From the NCBI GenBank assembly GCA_040220235.1, contig JAVJTO010000011.1: a stretch of DNA of 64,000 bases; one strand, written 5' to 3'. A program made the translations under genes and the position numbers. The notes beneath the pieces are model-generated. The model saw only the letters and a list, made by a program, of their open reading frames with translations, was not told the DNA's origin and made no database searches. Source of the stretch: Coleofasciculus sp. B1-GNL1-01. GTDB taxonomy: Bacteria; Cyanobacteriota; Cyanobacteriia; Cyanobacteriales; Coleofasciculaceae. Below are positions 10,015 to 19,796 of this stretch, one piece after another (the first letter of the stretch is position 1; every line of letters begins with the position of its first letter).

Positions 10015-11835
10015 ATGGCTATTTTAGTACCAGATAGAGCAGAAATTGATAGCCTACCCCAAAAGCTTACAGATGGTGAAGATGCTCTCATGAAGGCTTT
10101 AGACCAAGCTCTTGACGATAACTGGACTGTATATGTTCAACCTCATTTAAATGGTCTTCGACCAGACATTGTGATTTTTAGCGAAGATGCTGGCATTGGG
10201 GTTTTTGAGGTTAAAGATTGGAACTTAAATTCTTATCGAATTATTGTCCATGAGGATGGTGAGTATGACTGGCAGGTTTGGGATACAGGAAAATGGGTAA
10301 CTCGATCTCAAGAAGATTACTGTCCACTGAAACAAGTAGAAAAGTATCGTCAGTCTATTTTTGAACACGAAATCCCACTTCTGGACGCTAAACGACTGCT
10401 TGACCGGAGTGTTCATCGTTTAATCCAGCCAATCGTCTACTTTCACAAGCATACGACTGAAGATGTAATACAAAGGCTTAAGCCAATCCTTAAGCCTTAC
10501 TCAAATGTATTTGGAAATAACATCCTCAATCCGAACTTTTTGCGAGGAATTATAAGGGGATGTGGTCTTCGTCACGGTTCTCAATTTGCAGGTATGATGG
10601 CGGAAATTGGGCTAGCTGACCGATTAGCGAATGCACTGGCTTACCCTCAACATGGTAGTACGGATATTCAAACTCTATTAGCGCCTTTTAACAAAAAACA
10701 GAAAGATTTACTGCCTAATGAATCTGGAAGTCGTAGAGTATTTGGTGCTGCAGGTTCTGGTAAAACTTTTGTACTAATTCACAAGGCAGTCAATGCTGCC
10801 AGAGATGGAAAAAAGGTGCTCCTAGTGTGTTTTAACATCACGATGGCGAACTATCTTCGTGACTTGGTTACTCGCCTAGCCCGTCATTACGGTTCACATT
10901 ACCATCGAAATATCGAAGTGGGTCACTTTCATCGCTTTTTTCCATATCTAAAGGAAAACCCAGAAGTAGATAAGCGGAGTATGAAAAAACCGATAGATGT
11001 GCTGCTTATTGATGAAGGACAAGATTTTGAACGAGCTTGGATTCAAAAGCTACAGAAAATAGGTGCTTCTGGTTATCATCTGATGTTTTGCGAAGATGAT
11101 CGGCAGAATATTTATGGTAAGAGTGTGAAAGAACGGGAAAAAATTCCAATTCGAGGTAAGAATCTACTAAAGGAATCTTATCGAATTCCAGAACAAACAG
11201 CGAAACTTGCTAATGCTCTCGCTAGTTGGGCTAAACAAGAGGGTGAGTCTGGCTCTGTAGAGTCTATAAAATCCACTCAAGGTAACTTGTTAGTGCGTAA
11301 CCTCTGGTTTGATGGTACAAAGGATGAGATAGTTAATGTTATACGAGAAGACGTTAAAGAGCTTGTTCAAGATAAAAATACTGCTCGTGCAGATATAGCT
11401 ATCCTAGTATGTACGGTCAAGGATGGCTGGCAGGTGTGCCAGGTTTTAGATGAGCTTAAGCTACCGAAACCACAGTGCAACTTTGAGTCGAAAGAAGAGA
11501 ATACTCAACTTTCTAATGAATGTAAGGATGAGCAAAAGAATTTCAAAGAAGAACGAAACAAACTACGACGTCGCTATAGAGCTGGTTTTTGGATGCAAGG
11601 GGGAAGGATTAAAGTCTGTACAATACATAGTTTTAAGGGATGGGAACTTAACAATATCCTTGTATTTTTTAATCCTGAAGAAGAACAAGAGGAAGCTAAA
11701 GTCCCACTGCTCTACACTGCTATTACAAGAAGTCAGCAAAATCTGACTATCTATAATGCTGACTTAAAGCTGAGCCAGTTTGGAAAAATTGTTATTTCAG
11801 AAAACTATATTGAACAACATCCAAAAACTAAATGA
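10015..11835 (+). CDS. NERD (PD-(D/E)xK) nuclease fused to an SF1/UvrD-like helicase
   Basis: N-terminal RPDIVI..FEVKDW; Walker A GAAGSGKT, LIDEGQD, TIHSFKGWE and LYTAITRS. Confidence 0.85.
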   Translation: MAILVPDRAEIDSLPQKLTDGEDALMKALDQALDDNWTVYVQPHLNGLRPDIVIFSEDAGIGVFEVKDWNLNSYRIIVHEDGEYDWQVWDTGKWVTRSQEDYCPLKQVEKYRQSIFEHEIPLLDAKRLLDRSVHRLIQPIVYFHKHTTEDVIQRLKPILKPYSNVFGNNILNPNFLRGIIRGCGLRHGSQFAGMMAEIGLADRLANALAYPQHGSTDIQTLLAPFNKKQKDLLPNESGSRRVFGAAGSGKTFVLIHKAVNAARDGKKVLLVCFNITMANYLRDLVTRLARHYGSHYHRNIEVGHFHRFFPYLKENPEVDKRSMKKPIDVLLIDEGQDFERAWIQKLQKIGASGYHLMFCEDDRQNIYGKSVKEREKIPIRGKNLLKESYRIPEQTAKLANALASWAKQEGESGSVESIKSTQGNLLVRNLWFDGTKDEIVNVIREDVKELVQDKNTARADIAILVCTVKDGWQVCQVLDELKLPKPQCNFESKEENTQLSNECKDEQKNFKEERNKLRRRYRAGFWMQGGRIKVCTIHSFKGWELNNILVFFNPEEEQEEAKVPLLYTAITRSQQNLTIYNADLKLSQFGKIVISENYIEQHPKTK

Positions 11836-11877
11836 AATATTTAGTTTTTGATTCTTAAATTATTTAATAATTAGAGA

Positions 11878-12452
11878 TTACATCCACAAATTTGCGGGAT
11901 TGTCCTTGTCATCTTCCCACTTAGCCGGATTGTTGATAATATAGTCTCGAATTCGGTCTAATGATCCATCAGCGCGAATGATGTGGTCATAAAATCGCGG
12001 TTGCCAAGCAAAAGATGAATAATTATTCCTTTTACACCACTGACTAACGGCTGCTTTGTATGATCGAATGATTGCACCCAGAGAACCTGCTTTCGGAGAC
12101 ATTAGTGATCTCGCCCGATAGAACTCCGTGTCGCCACGGAATGTAGAGACGTTGCATGCAAGTCTCTACAGGATGAATTAGGTTTATTAATAATCACAAT
12201 GCCATGTAAATGATTGGGCATGACGACATAAGCATCCAGATCAGTATAGGCACAATGATCAGGAATATCTGCCCAGCATTGTTGGGCGATTTGCCCAATC
12301 TTGGACAGGTGTATTTCTCCTGATATTACATCACCGAAGAAAAATGTGCGATCGCGTGTACAAATGGTGACTAAATACCAGCCATTTGCGCCATAGTCTC
12401 TGTGGGGTAATCGAGTGGATTCAACCCGATATTTGCCTTTGTACAGGGTCAT
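11878..12452 (-). pseudogene. REP-associated tyrosine transposase (RAYT/TnpA-REP, HUH Y1 family), split by a 1-nt deletion
   Basis: GWYLVTICT, MPNHLHGI (HUH), WQPRFYDHIIR and DYIINNP. Restoring one base in the internal REP joins the two ORFs into a single 191-aa frame. Confidence 0.88.
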
Positions 12453-12685
12453 GGGTTTGTCCCGATGATGGTGTAGAGACGTTGCATGCAACGTCTCTAC
12501 AATGGTCATGTCACCGACTATAACATCAGCGAAGAAAAACGTGCGATCGCGGGTACAGATGGGGGATGAAATATCAACCCTTTGCCGCCTCGTTAATCGG
12601 ATAGATTCAACCCGATATTGGTTTTGTACAAGATTATGGGTTTTCCCCGATCATGATGTAGAGACGTTGCATGCAACGTCTCTAC
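12143..12685. repeat. Three REP palindromes GTAGAGACGTTGCATGCAACGTCTCTAC (12143-12169 lacking one base, 12473-12500, 12658-12685)
   Basis: Perfect 28-bp palindromes starting with GTAG, within and upstream of the RAYT gene. Confidence 0.92.
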
Positions 12686-12704
12686 ACAATGGTCATGTCA
12701 CCGA

Positions 12705-15700
12705 CTATTCTATCCCTTCAATCCGATCCTCAACCTCCTGATACAATTCGCGCAACATCTGCAGATTACTCTCACTCGTCTCCCAATACCCGCGTCCATT
12801 CACTTCTAACAACGTGGACACCACTTTGCGGAAGGAATGAGGGTTCAAATTCATCAACCGCTGACGCATCGCTTCATCCTGGATAAACGTCTCATTGGCT
12901 TCCTCGTATACCCAGTTATCCACCGCGCCAGCCGTCGCACTCCAACCCATGGTATTGACTAACCGCTTCGAGAGTTCGCGCACGCCTTCATAGCCGTGAC
13001 TCAGCATTCCCTCATACCATTTCGGGTTGAGTAGCTTCGTCCGCGCATCTAAACGCACCGTTTCCGATAATGTCCTTACCTGGGCATTTGCTGTCGTCGT
13101 ATCGGCGATATAGGATGCAGGCGTCTTGCCATCTTGACGCAGGGTTGAGACTACCTTCGTCGGATCAGAATCAAAATAGTGAGACACATCTGTCAGACTA
13201 ATCTCCGAGGAATCCAGATTCTGGAATGTCGCTTCTGCTGTTTTCAACGACGACTCGAAAATCTGGCGATTCTGTTCCATGGTTCCCGGATTATCCGCAC
13301 TAAAGGCAAAGGATTTCCGGGTTAGGTACATATCCTGTAACTCGGATTCGCTTTCCCACGTACTATTCTCTACCGCCAGGTTCACATTAGCCGCATAGGA
13401 ACCCGATGCATTGGAGAACACCCGCGTCGCCGCTTGACGCAGATTAATCCCCATATCTTCCGCCTGTTGCATGGCGTGTTTGCGGACAAAATTCATCTCC
13501 TCAGGTTCATCCGCCTCAGCCGCCATTTTCACAGCTTGATCTAACAGATTCATCTGGTTGATAAACAAATCCCGGAATACGCCAGAACAGTTAATCACCA
13601 CATCTACACGGGGACGCCCTAATTCTTCTAGGGAAATCAGTTCTAACTTATTCACTCGCCCCAACGCATCAGGAACGGGTTTCACCCCAACCATCCACAT
13701 GATTTGTGCTAGGGATTCCCCGTAGGTTTTGATATTATCCGTTCCCCAGAGAACACAGGCAATGGTTTCGGGCCAAATTCCGCCATTTTCCGCCCGATGT
13801 CGCGCCAATAAACGGTCTACGACGATTTTTGCTGATTTTACGGCGGCGGTGGTGGGGATGGATTGGGGGTCAAGGGCGTGGATATTTTTCCCCGTGGGTA
13901 ATACATCCGGGTTGCGGATGGGATCACCGCCGGGTCCGGGTAGAACATATTCCCCTTCCAATGCTTTCAACATAGCCCCCAGTTCGTTATCTGCCACCAC
14001 TTGCTGGAGACAGAATTCTAGATACTCAAATAGGGGTTTAATCGCCTCCGAGTCAACTTGACAGTACCCCGCATCAATTAGCGCTTCAATCCAAGGGGTG
14101 CGCTTCCGCATATTAAAGAAATTCAGACTCGTCACCTTGGATACCCGCCCCTCGGCATCAGTTTGGGCTTGGACTAACGCCGCCACAGCCGCACGAGTGG
14201 CTTGGGTGATGTCTTGGAGTAACTGCACATCTGCTAAGACACCTCGGTCGTTATTTTGATAGATCTCGTCGATATCCCGGTTCAGGCTGTTGGCGATAAT
14301 TCGGGGGAGACTCAGGATTTCTTCCTCTGGACGATCCAGACTGGCTATATTAACTAAAGTCGCGATCGCTTCCTCAGCCGTAGGTGGTTTACCAATGACG
14401 TGTAACCCACAGGGTAACAGCCGCGACTCAATCTCCATCAGCTTTTTGTAGACTAACCCCACCAGGGTATCCCGTTCCTCTGAAGTCAGTTCACTGGCGT
14501 CTTTTTCCGGTAAGGCGATATCTTTATCCAGATTCACCAAGCGGCATTTATCCATAATTGTGTTCACAATCGGAACGCCGCGTCCGGTGTCTTTCAGGGT
14601 TTGATAAGACCCAATTAATTCATTCAGTTCCTTCAACCCTTTATATAACCCTGCATTCTCCGCCGGAGGCGTCAGGTAGGAAATGGTTTCGGCGTAACTG
14701 CGCCGTTTCGCGATCGTGGCTTCACTGGGATTATTGGCAGCGTAATAGTAGAGATTAGGAATCGAACCAATTAAATTATCCGGGTAACAATCTCCCGACA
14801 TCCCCATCTGCTTACCGGGCATAAATTCTAATGACCCGTGAGTGCCGAAGTGCAGTACGGCGTCCGCTTGCCAGAGATGTTCTAAATAGGTGTAGTAGGC
14901 AGCAAACCCGTGGTGAGGACTGGCGGAACGGGAGAATAACAGTCGCATCGGATCGCCTTCATAGCCGAACGTGGGCTGGACGCCAATAAACACATTGCCG
15001 AATTGCTTACCATAAATCAGCAGGTTTTGTCCATCACTATTTAAATGTCCCGGTGGTGGACCCCAGTTTTCTTCTAAACGGGTGGAGTACGGGGTAAACC
15101 GTTCATATTCCATTACGGACATCCGGTAGGCAATATTCAGTTCTGGGGTTGCATACTGCGCCTGGGCGTCATGGATGACTTCTTGCATCAGGGCTGCGGC
15201 GGATTCGGGTAAGTCTTCCACGTCGTAGCCGTTATGTTTTAGGGCTTCCATGACTTTATAAATTGACCCGAAGACATCCAGATAGGCAGCCGTTCCCACA
15301 TTCCCTTTATCTGGCGGGAAACTAAACACCGTAATCGCCACCTTCTTATCCAGTTTCGGCTTACGGCGCAGGCTTGCCCATTTCAGCGCCCGCTTTGCCA
15401 CGGCTTCAATCCGATCCTGAAGTGCGATCGCTTTCCCGGTGGTGCCATCTCGTCCCGATAATATAATCGGTTCAATCGCGCCATCGAGTTCGGGGATGGC
15501 AATTTGCAGGGCTACCTGAATCGGGTGTAGTCCCAAGTCACTCCCTTCCCACTCTTCGGTGGTTTGGAAGACCAAGGGTAATGCCACCATATAGGGACGG
15601 TTGAGACGTTTTAAGGCTTCAATTGCCTTGGGATGATCTTGTCGCGCTGGACCCCCAACTAAGGCAAATCCAGTCAAAGATACCACCGCATCCACCAGTG

Positions 15701-16688
15701 GCACATTGGCTTGTCCCTTACTCGTGGGCGTGTCATAGAAAAAGGCATCCACGGGTTTAGAGAAATCCAGTCCCCCAGCAAACACAGGCAGAACCCGTGC
15801 GCCCATGGCTTCTAATTCCTGTACCATTGCCACATAATGGGCATCATCCCCGGTTACCAGGTGGGTACGTTGCAGGACTAAACCGACACAGGGGGCGAAG
15901 GGATCTTTTAAATCGTCGGAGATATCGTCGCGATTGTTATACCAGGTGAGATACTCTTTGACATCCTCAAACATCTTTGTAGACAGGGGATGCCAAATGC
16001 CCATATCTGGGTAAACCACCGGATCATTAAAATCAAGGCTTCTTTCCTTAAGCACATATTTATCTGCCAGCATTAACAGGAAGTTTTCCAGGTTTTGAGA
16101 GGAACCCCCTAGCCAATACTGGAACGACAGCATAAAGTTCCGGGCATCCTGTGCCTTATCGATGGGCATATATTTCAGGACTTTCGGCAGCGTCTGCAAT
16201 AGCTTCAGCATCCCATCTTGGAAGGATGAGCCTGACTTGGCTTTACGCTTCTTCATAAACTGGGCGATCGCACTCTTGGATTGACCCAGTTGTGCCATGG
16301 AGAAGCTGCCTAATTTATTCAGGCGCATCACCTGCGGCATGGAGGGGAATACCACCGCTGCATCTAAGCGATCGCGATGGGGTTGAACGGCGGCGACTAC
16401 CTTATCCGCTAAGTCTTCGATAAAGATTAGCGAGGCAATAAAGATATTGGCTTGGGCAATATCCTGCTGAAATGCCTGATAGTTTTGTTCGTCGCGGAGT
16501 TCTTCGATTAAGTAGCCACTGATGTCAATGGCGATATCCGGCTGATTTTGATTAATTGAACGGACAGCCGCAGATAAGGCACTTTGGTACTGTGGCTCTA
16601 GCACGACATAGACCACCTTCAGTACGTGACGATTCTTGGGGTCATCGGGGGTGATGTGACGAATGGTGGACTTGACGTGAGTGAACAT
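12705..16688 (-). CDS. chlH: Magnesium chelatase subunit H
   Basis: 1327 aa; [11 protein letters not shown] start, [15 protein letters not shown], and the C-terminus [10 protein letters not shown]. Confidence 0.98.
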   Translation of the reverse strand: MFTHVKSTIRHITPDDPKNRHVLKVVYVVLEPQYQSALSAAVRSINQNQPDIAIDISGYLIEELRDEQNYQAFQQDIAQANIFIASLIFIEDLADKVVAAVQPHRDRLDAAVVFPSMPQVMRLNKLGSFSMAQLGQSKSAIAQFMKKRKAKSGSSFQDGMLKLLQTLPKVLKYMPIDKAQDARNFMLSFQYWLGGSSQNLENFLLMLADKYVLKERSLDFNDPVVYPDMGIWHPLSTKMFEDVKEYLTWYNNRDDISDDLKDPFAPCVGLVLQRTHLVTGDDAHYVAMVQELEAMGARVLPVFAGGLDFSKPVDAFFYDTPTSKGQANVPLVDAVVSLTGFALVGGPARQDHPKAIEALKRLNRPYMVALPLVFQTTEEWEGSDLGLHPIQVALQIAIPELDGAIEPIILSGRDGTTGKAIALQDRIEAVAKRALKWASLRRKPKLDKKVAITVFSFPPDKGNVGTAAYLDVFGSIYKVMEALKHNGYDVEDLPESAAALMQEVIHDAQAQYATPELNIAYRMSVMEYERFTPYSTRLEENWGPPPGHLNSDGQNLLIYGKQFGNVFIGVQPTFGYEGDPMRLLFSRSASPHHGFAAYYTYLEHLWQADAVLHFGTHGSLEFMPGKQMGMSGDCYPDNLIGSIPNLYYYAANNPSEATIAKRRSYAETISYLTPPAENAGLYKGLKELNELIGSYQTLKDTGRGVPIVNTIMDKCRLVNLDKDIALPEKDASELTSEERDTLVGLVYKKLMEIESRLLPCGLHVIGKPPTAEEAIATLVNIASLDRPEEEILSLPRIIANSLNRDIDEIYQNNDRGVLADVQLLQDITQATRAAVAALVQAQTDAEGRVSKVTSLNFFNMRKRTPWIEALIDAGYCQVDSEAIKPLFEYLEFCLQQVVADNELGAMLKALEGEYVLPGPGGDPIRNPDVLPTGKNIHALDPQSIPTTAAVKSAKIVVDRLLARHRAENGGIWPETIACVLWGTDNIKTYGESLAQIMWMVGVKPVPDALGRVNKLELISLEELGRPRVDVVINCSGVFRDLFINQMNLLDQAVKMAAEADEPEEMNFVRKHAMQQAEDMGINLRQAATRVFSNASGSYAANVNLAVENSTWESESELQDMYLTRKSFAFSADNPGTMEQNRQIFESSLKTAEATFQNLDSSEISLTDVSHYFDSDPTKVVSTLRQDGKTPASYIADTTTANAQVRTLSETVRLDARTKLLNPKWYEGMLSHGYEGVRELSKRLVNTMGWSATAGAVDNWVYEEANETFIQDEAMRQRLMNLNPHSFRKVVSTLLEVNGRGYWETSESNLQMLRELYQEVEDRIEGIE

Positions 16689-17112
16689 ACTGTTCTCGCT
16701 CCTTTTGATCCGTGTTCTCTTCTCATGGGTAGGGTTCCAGGGAAGGTTGGCTTGATTTCCCTTGGAATCGGCTTGGCGTTACAGTTAGGGCAACTTTAGT
16801 GGTTTTACCAGAAAATGCTGACCGATGCAGCGTTTTCGCCCTTGTTTGACACAATTCGATAGGAAGTTGCTCAATTTACTTTACATTTATTTACATTAAT
16901 TGAAGTAGTTGCTCTAACTATTTTTTACAAAACTTTACAATTAAATTAATATGGGCAAAAGTAGACTCAGTGTTATAGAGGTACTGGGGTGCATGTAGAT
17001 ACATAACATTGACAATTCTGGTAGACGGCGATAAAAGGACACAGACTCCCCAGCGAGGTTCGTCGTTGCGCTATCTTCGCTAGATGCGATCGCAAAGGCA
17101 GACAGCCATTTG

Positions 17113-17230
17113 ATAGGTCAGCCGGGAAATAAATTTCCGGCTAATAGCTAAAGTCAGCTAAAGCTGACTAGACGTTTTAACCCGTTTTAACGGGTTTTAG
17201 CTTTAGGTTCCGGAACTTGAGTTCACGGCT
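17113..17230 (+). repeat. 118-bp multi-hairpin repeat, copy 1
   Basis: Four short palindromes (AGCCGG..CCGGCT, AGTCAGC-TAAA-GCTGACT, AACCCGTT-TT-AACGGGTT, GAACTTGAGTTC); 116/118 identical to 19368-19485. Confidence 0.92.
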
Positions 17231-17264
17231 ACGCTTCGATTGAATGTCACGCTCCTCGTTTTCT

Positions 17265-17285
17265 GGTGGGCAATGCCCACCCTAC
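17265..17285. repeat. REP-like hairpin GGTGGGCAATGCCCACCCTAC
   Basis: Identical copy at 39655-39675 and a variant at 39727-39747. Confidence 0.85.
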
Positions 17286-17582
17286 GGTATATCAAGGGTT
17301 TCAGTGATCTCAAAATGCACGCTTTTCAGTTCAATGGCACTTAGGTTAGCCGTTGGGCTGTCTTCGCTATAAGCGATCGCATTTCCACGTAAACGGGGGT
17401 ACTGGTGCATACAAACCAGGCTTCCCTATCCCTTGCAGCGTTGGATTGTCTCCTGTGTTAGGATATCGCCAGTATTTGTGGCATTTTGTAGTGAGTCCCC
17501 TTCCCTTTAATTTGAAGAAAAAACAGATTTAATCAAGAGACTGATAGATAAAAAAATAGTCTGTTTTTTAATAGATAATCCT

Positions 17583-18701
17583 ATGTTAAAACGTATCTAT
17601 ATTGATAATTTTCGCTGTCTAGTCAACTTTGAACTTGACGTTGATACGATTAATCTATTTCTGGGTGCTAACGGAACGGGTAAATCGACAGTTTTTGAAG
17701 TCTTACAGAAAATCCAGGCATTTGTCAGTGGTGATAGCAAAGTCGATAAAATTTTTGACTCTGCCGACTGTACCCGCTGGCAAACCTTAACTGTTCAACG
17801 GTTTGAACTCGAACTTCAAGGGAATGGTGGCAGTTACAAATACGAATTGGGTATTGGTCACAATCAGAATAAATGCCGTGTTGAGTATGAACGTCTGTGG
17901 TTTGATAACCAACCCTTACTGAAATTTGAGTTAGGTGACGTTCAACTCTATCGAGACAACCATTCAGAGGGACCGCAATACTCCTTTGACTGGTCGCAGT
18001 CTATGATACCTTCATTGATGCCAAGAAATGACAATACCAAGTTAACTTGGTTTAGAGAACGGATTAAACGATTTATTATCGTCAAAATCATTCCCAGCTT
18101 GATGATTGATGAAAGTTCCCAGGAAGAAATGCGTTTGGCAATTCAAATGGAAAATTTTGTGTCTTGGTATCGCTATATTTCTGAGGATCAAGGCAAAATT
18201 GCTGAAATCGCCAATGTATTAAAAGAGGTGATTGAGGGATTTTATAGTTTTAAATTTGAACGAGTAAGCGAACAAAATTTAGTGCTGACACTACGGATTG
18301 CCGGAGATGGAGATAATTCTCAACCCCTTAAATATCGATTTCGAGAATTATCCGATGGACAAAAGATGTTAATTGTTTTATACACACTGATTTATGGCAC
18401 AAAACAGGAAGAGTATACGTTATGCATTGATGAACCAGAAAATTTCTTAGCCTTACCAGAAATTCAACCTTGGTTGATTCAGCTTTATGATTTTTGCAGT
18501 GAGGGACAACTCCAAGCGTTACTGATTTCTCACCATCCTGAGTTAATTAACTATCTTTTAGCGTCACCCATTGGTTATTGGTTTGAGCGTCAAAGTAACG
18601 CTCCGGTTCGAGTTAAACGGATTAGTAATGAAGTCGCTGATAGTTCTGGATTACCCGTCTCAGAACTCATTGCCAGGAGATGGTTGAGTGAGTCAGCGTA
18701 G
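17583..18701 (+). CDS. Soluble ABC-type ATPase (AAA_15/AAA_21-like)
   Basis: IYIDNFRCL, Walker A GANGTGKS, signature LSDGQK, Walker B LCIDEPE and H-loop ISHH. Confidence 0.88.
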   Translation: MLKRIYIDNFRCLVNFELDVDTINLFLGANGTGKSTVFEVLQKIQAFVSGDSKVDKIFDSADCTRWQTLTVQRFELELQGNGGSYKYELGIGHNQNKCRVEYERLWFDNQPLLKFELGDVQLYRDNHSEGPQYSFDWSQSMIPSLMPRNDNTKLTWFRERIKRFIIVKIIPSLMIDESSQEEMRLAIQMENFVSWYRYISEDQGKIAEIANVLKEVIEGFYSFKFERVSEQNLVLTLRIAGDGDNSQPLKYRFRELSDGQKMLIVLYTLIYGTKQEEYTLCIDEPENFLALPEIQPWLIQLYDFCSEGQLQALLISHHPELINYLLASPIGYWFERQSNAPVRVKRISNEVADSSGLPVSELIARRWLSESA

Positions 18702-19239
18702 AGTGCAGATCGTGATTCTGTGTGAGGATCGCCAGCAAGAAGTTTTTGCCCGTCATTTCTTGAAAAAGCGCGGTTTGACTGGTATATTTCGCTCTAAAAT
18801 ATGTCCGCCTGGTAGCCAATCGGGAGAACAGTATGTACGGAGTCAGTATCCAGTCGAAGTCAAAGCCTATCGTCAGAATAGAAACCGTGTATCGATTGGA
18901 TTGGTTGTGTTGATTGATGCCGATACAGGTGGCTTGCAAGAACGACTCAATCAGTTGGATCTCGCCCTCAGCGAAAATTCCCAACAAAATCGTCAACCCG
19001 ATGACGCGATCGCGATTTTCATTCCTAAACGTAATATTGAGACTTGGATACATTTTTTGCAGGGAGAAACCGTGGATGAGGAGACAGAGTATTCAAAATA
19101 CCAGAAGGAAGCGGCTTGTAAACCATCTGTAGAAAATCTGGCAGAACAATGCCGTTCTCAGAACTTACCAGACAACGCACCTGCGTCACTTCAGGTAGCT
19201 TGTGGAGAATTACAACGGCTGTTACAACTCTTAAAATAA
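18688..19239 (+). CDS. Hypothetical protein with TOPRIM-like motifs, coupled to the ATPase
   Basis: IVILCED, VVLIDAD (DxD) and IETW; overlaps the ATPase gene by 14 nt. Confidence 0.65.
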   Translation: MSQRRVQIVILCEDRQQEVFARHFLKKRGLTGIFRSKICPPGSQSGEQYVRSQYPVEVKAYRQNRNRVSIGLVVLIDADTGGLQERLNQLDLALSENSQQNRQPDDAIAIFIPKRNIETWIHFLQGETVDEETEYSKYQKEAACKPSVENLAEQCRSQNLPDNAPASLQVACGELQRLLQLLK

Positions 19240-19367
19240 GTGCGATCACGACTGTTACGTTAAATTTACACCTTAATAAGTATTTACAATGATAAAAATT
19301 TAATAAAATTAACTTTTTCAAGATTTCAATAAGACAGCATTTTGTTTGCTCCTTACTCTCAGAATCA

Positions 19368-19509
19368 ATAGGTCAGCCGGGAAATAAATTTCCGGCTGAT
19401 AGCTAAAGTCAGCTAAAGCTGACTAGATGTTTTAACCCGTTTTAACGGGTTTTAGCTTTAGGTTCCGGAACTTGAGTTCACGGCTTAGTACTTGAGTTCA
19501 CGGCTTAGT
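19368..19509 (+). repeat. 118-bp multi-hairpin repeat, copy 2, with a 20-bp tandem duplication at its end
   Basis: Direct repeat of 17113-17230; ACTTGAGTTCACGGCTTAGT occurs twice at 19470-19509. Confidence 0.92.
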
Positions 19510-19796
19510 GCAAAATAGAAATTAGCTGCTGATACCAAATCCGTGTTTTTTTCGCTTCGGCTTCTCAGACTTTTTCGCAAACGGAGAGTTAGACAACTGA
19601 GTTGAATCTGACTCCTCCTTTAGTTGAGAGGTACTCGTTTCAGTTACCAACTGCTTTTCCATCAGGCACATCTGCCAAAGCCACATCGGGTAAAACATAG
19701 GACGTGGCAATCAATTTTTCATCCCAGTTGATAATCTCAGGAAACCGAATACCCGGTAACACCTGAACTGTTTGTCCATTGCTGCGTAAGGGTTTA

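Noticed and set aside
12453..12509. N-terminal extension MTIVETLHATSL of the RAYT, and ORF 12502-12741
   Set aside because: These are read-through of the REP palindrome and the decayed duplicate.
17113..19509. Composite transposon
   Set aside because: The flanking repeats encode no transposase and I found no target duplication; it is kept only as a repeat-flanked cassette.
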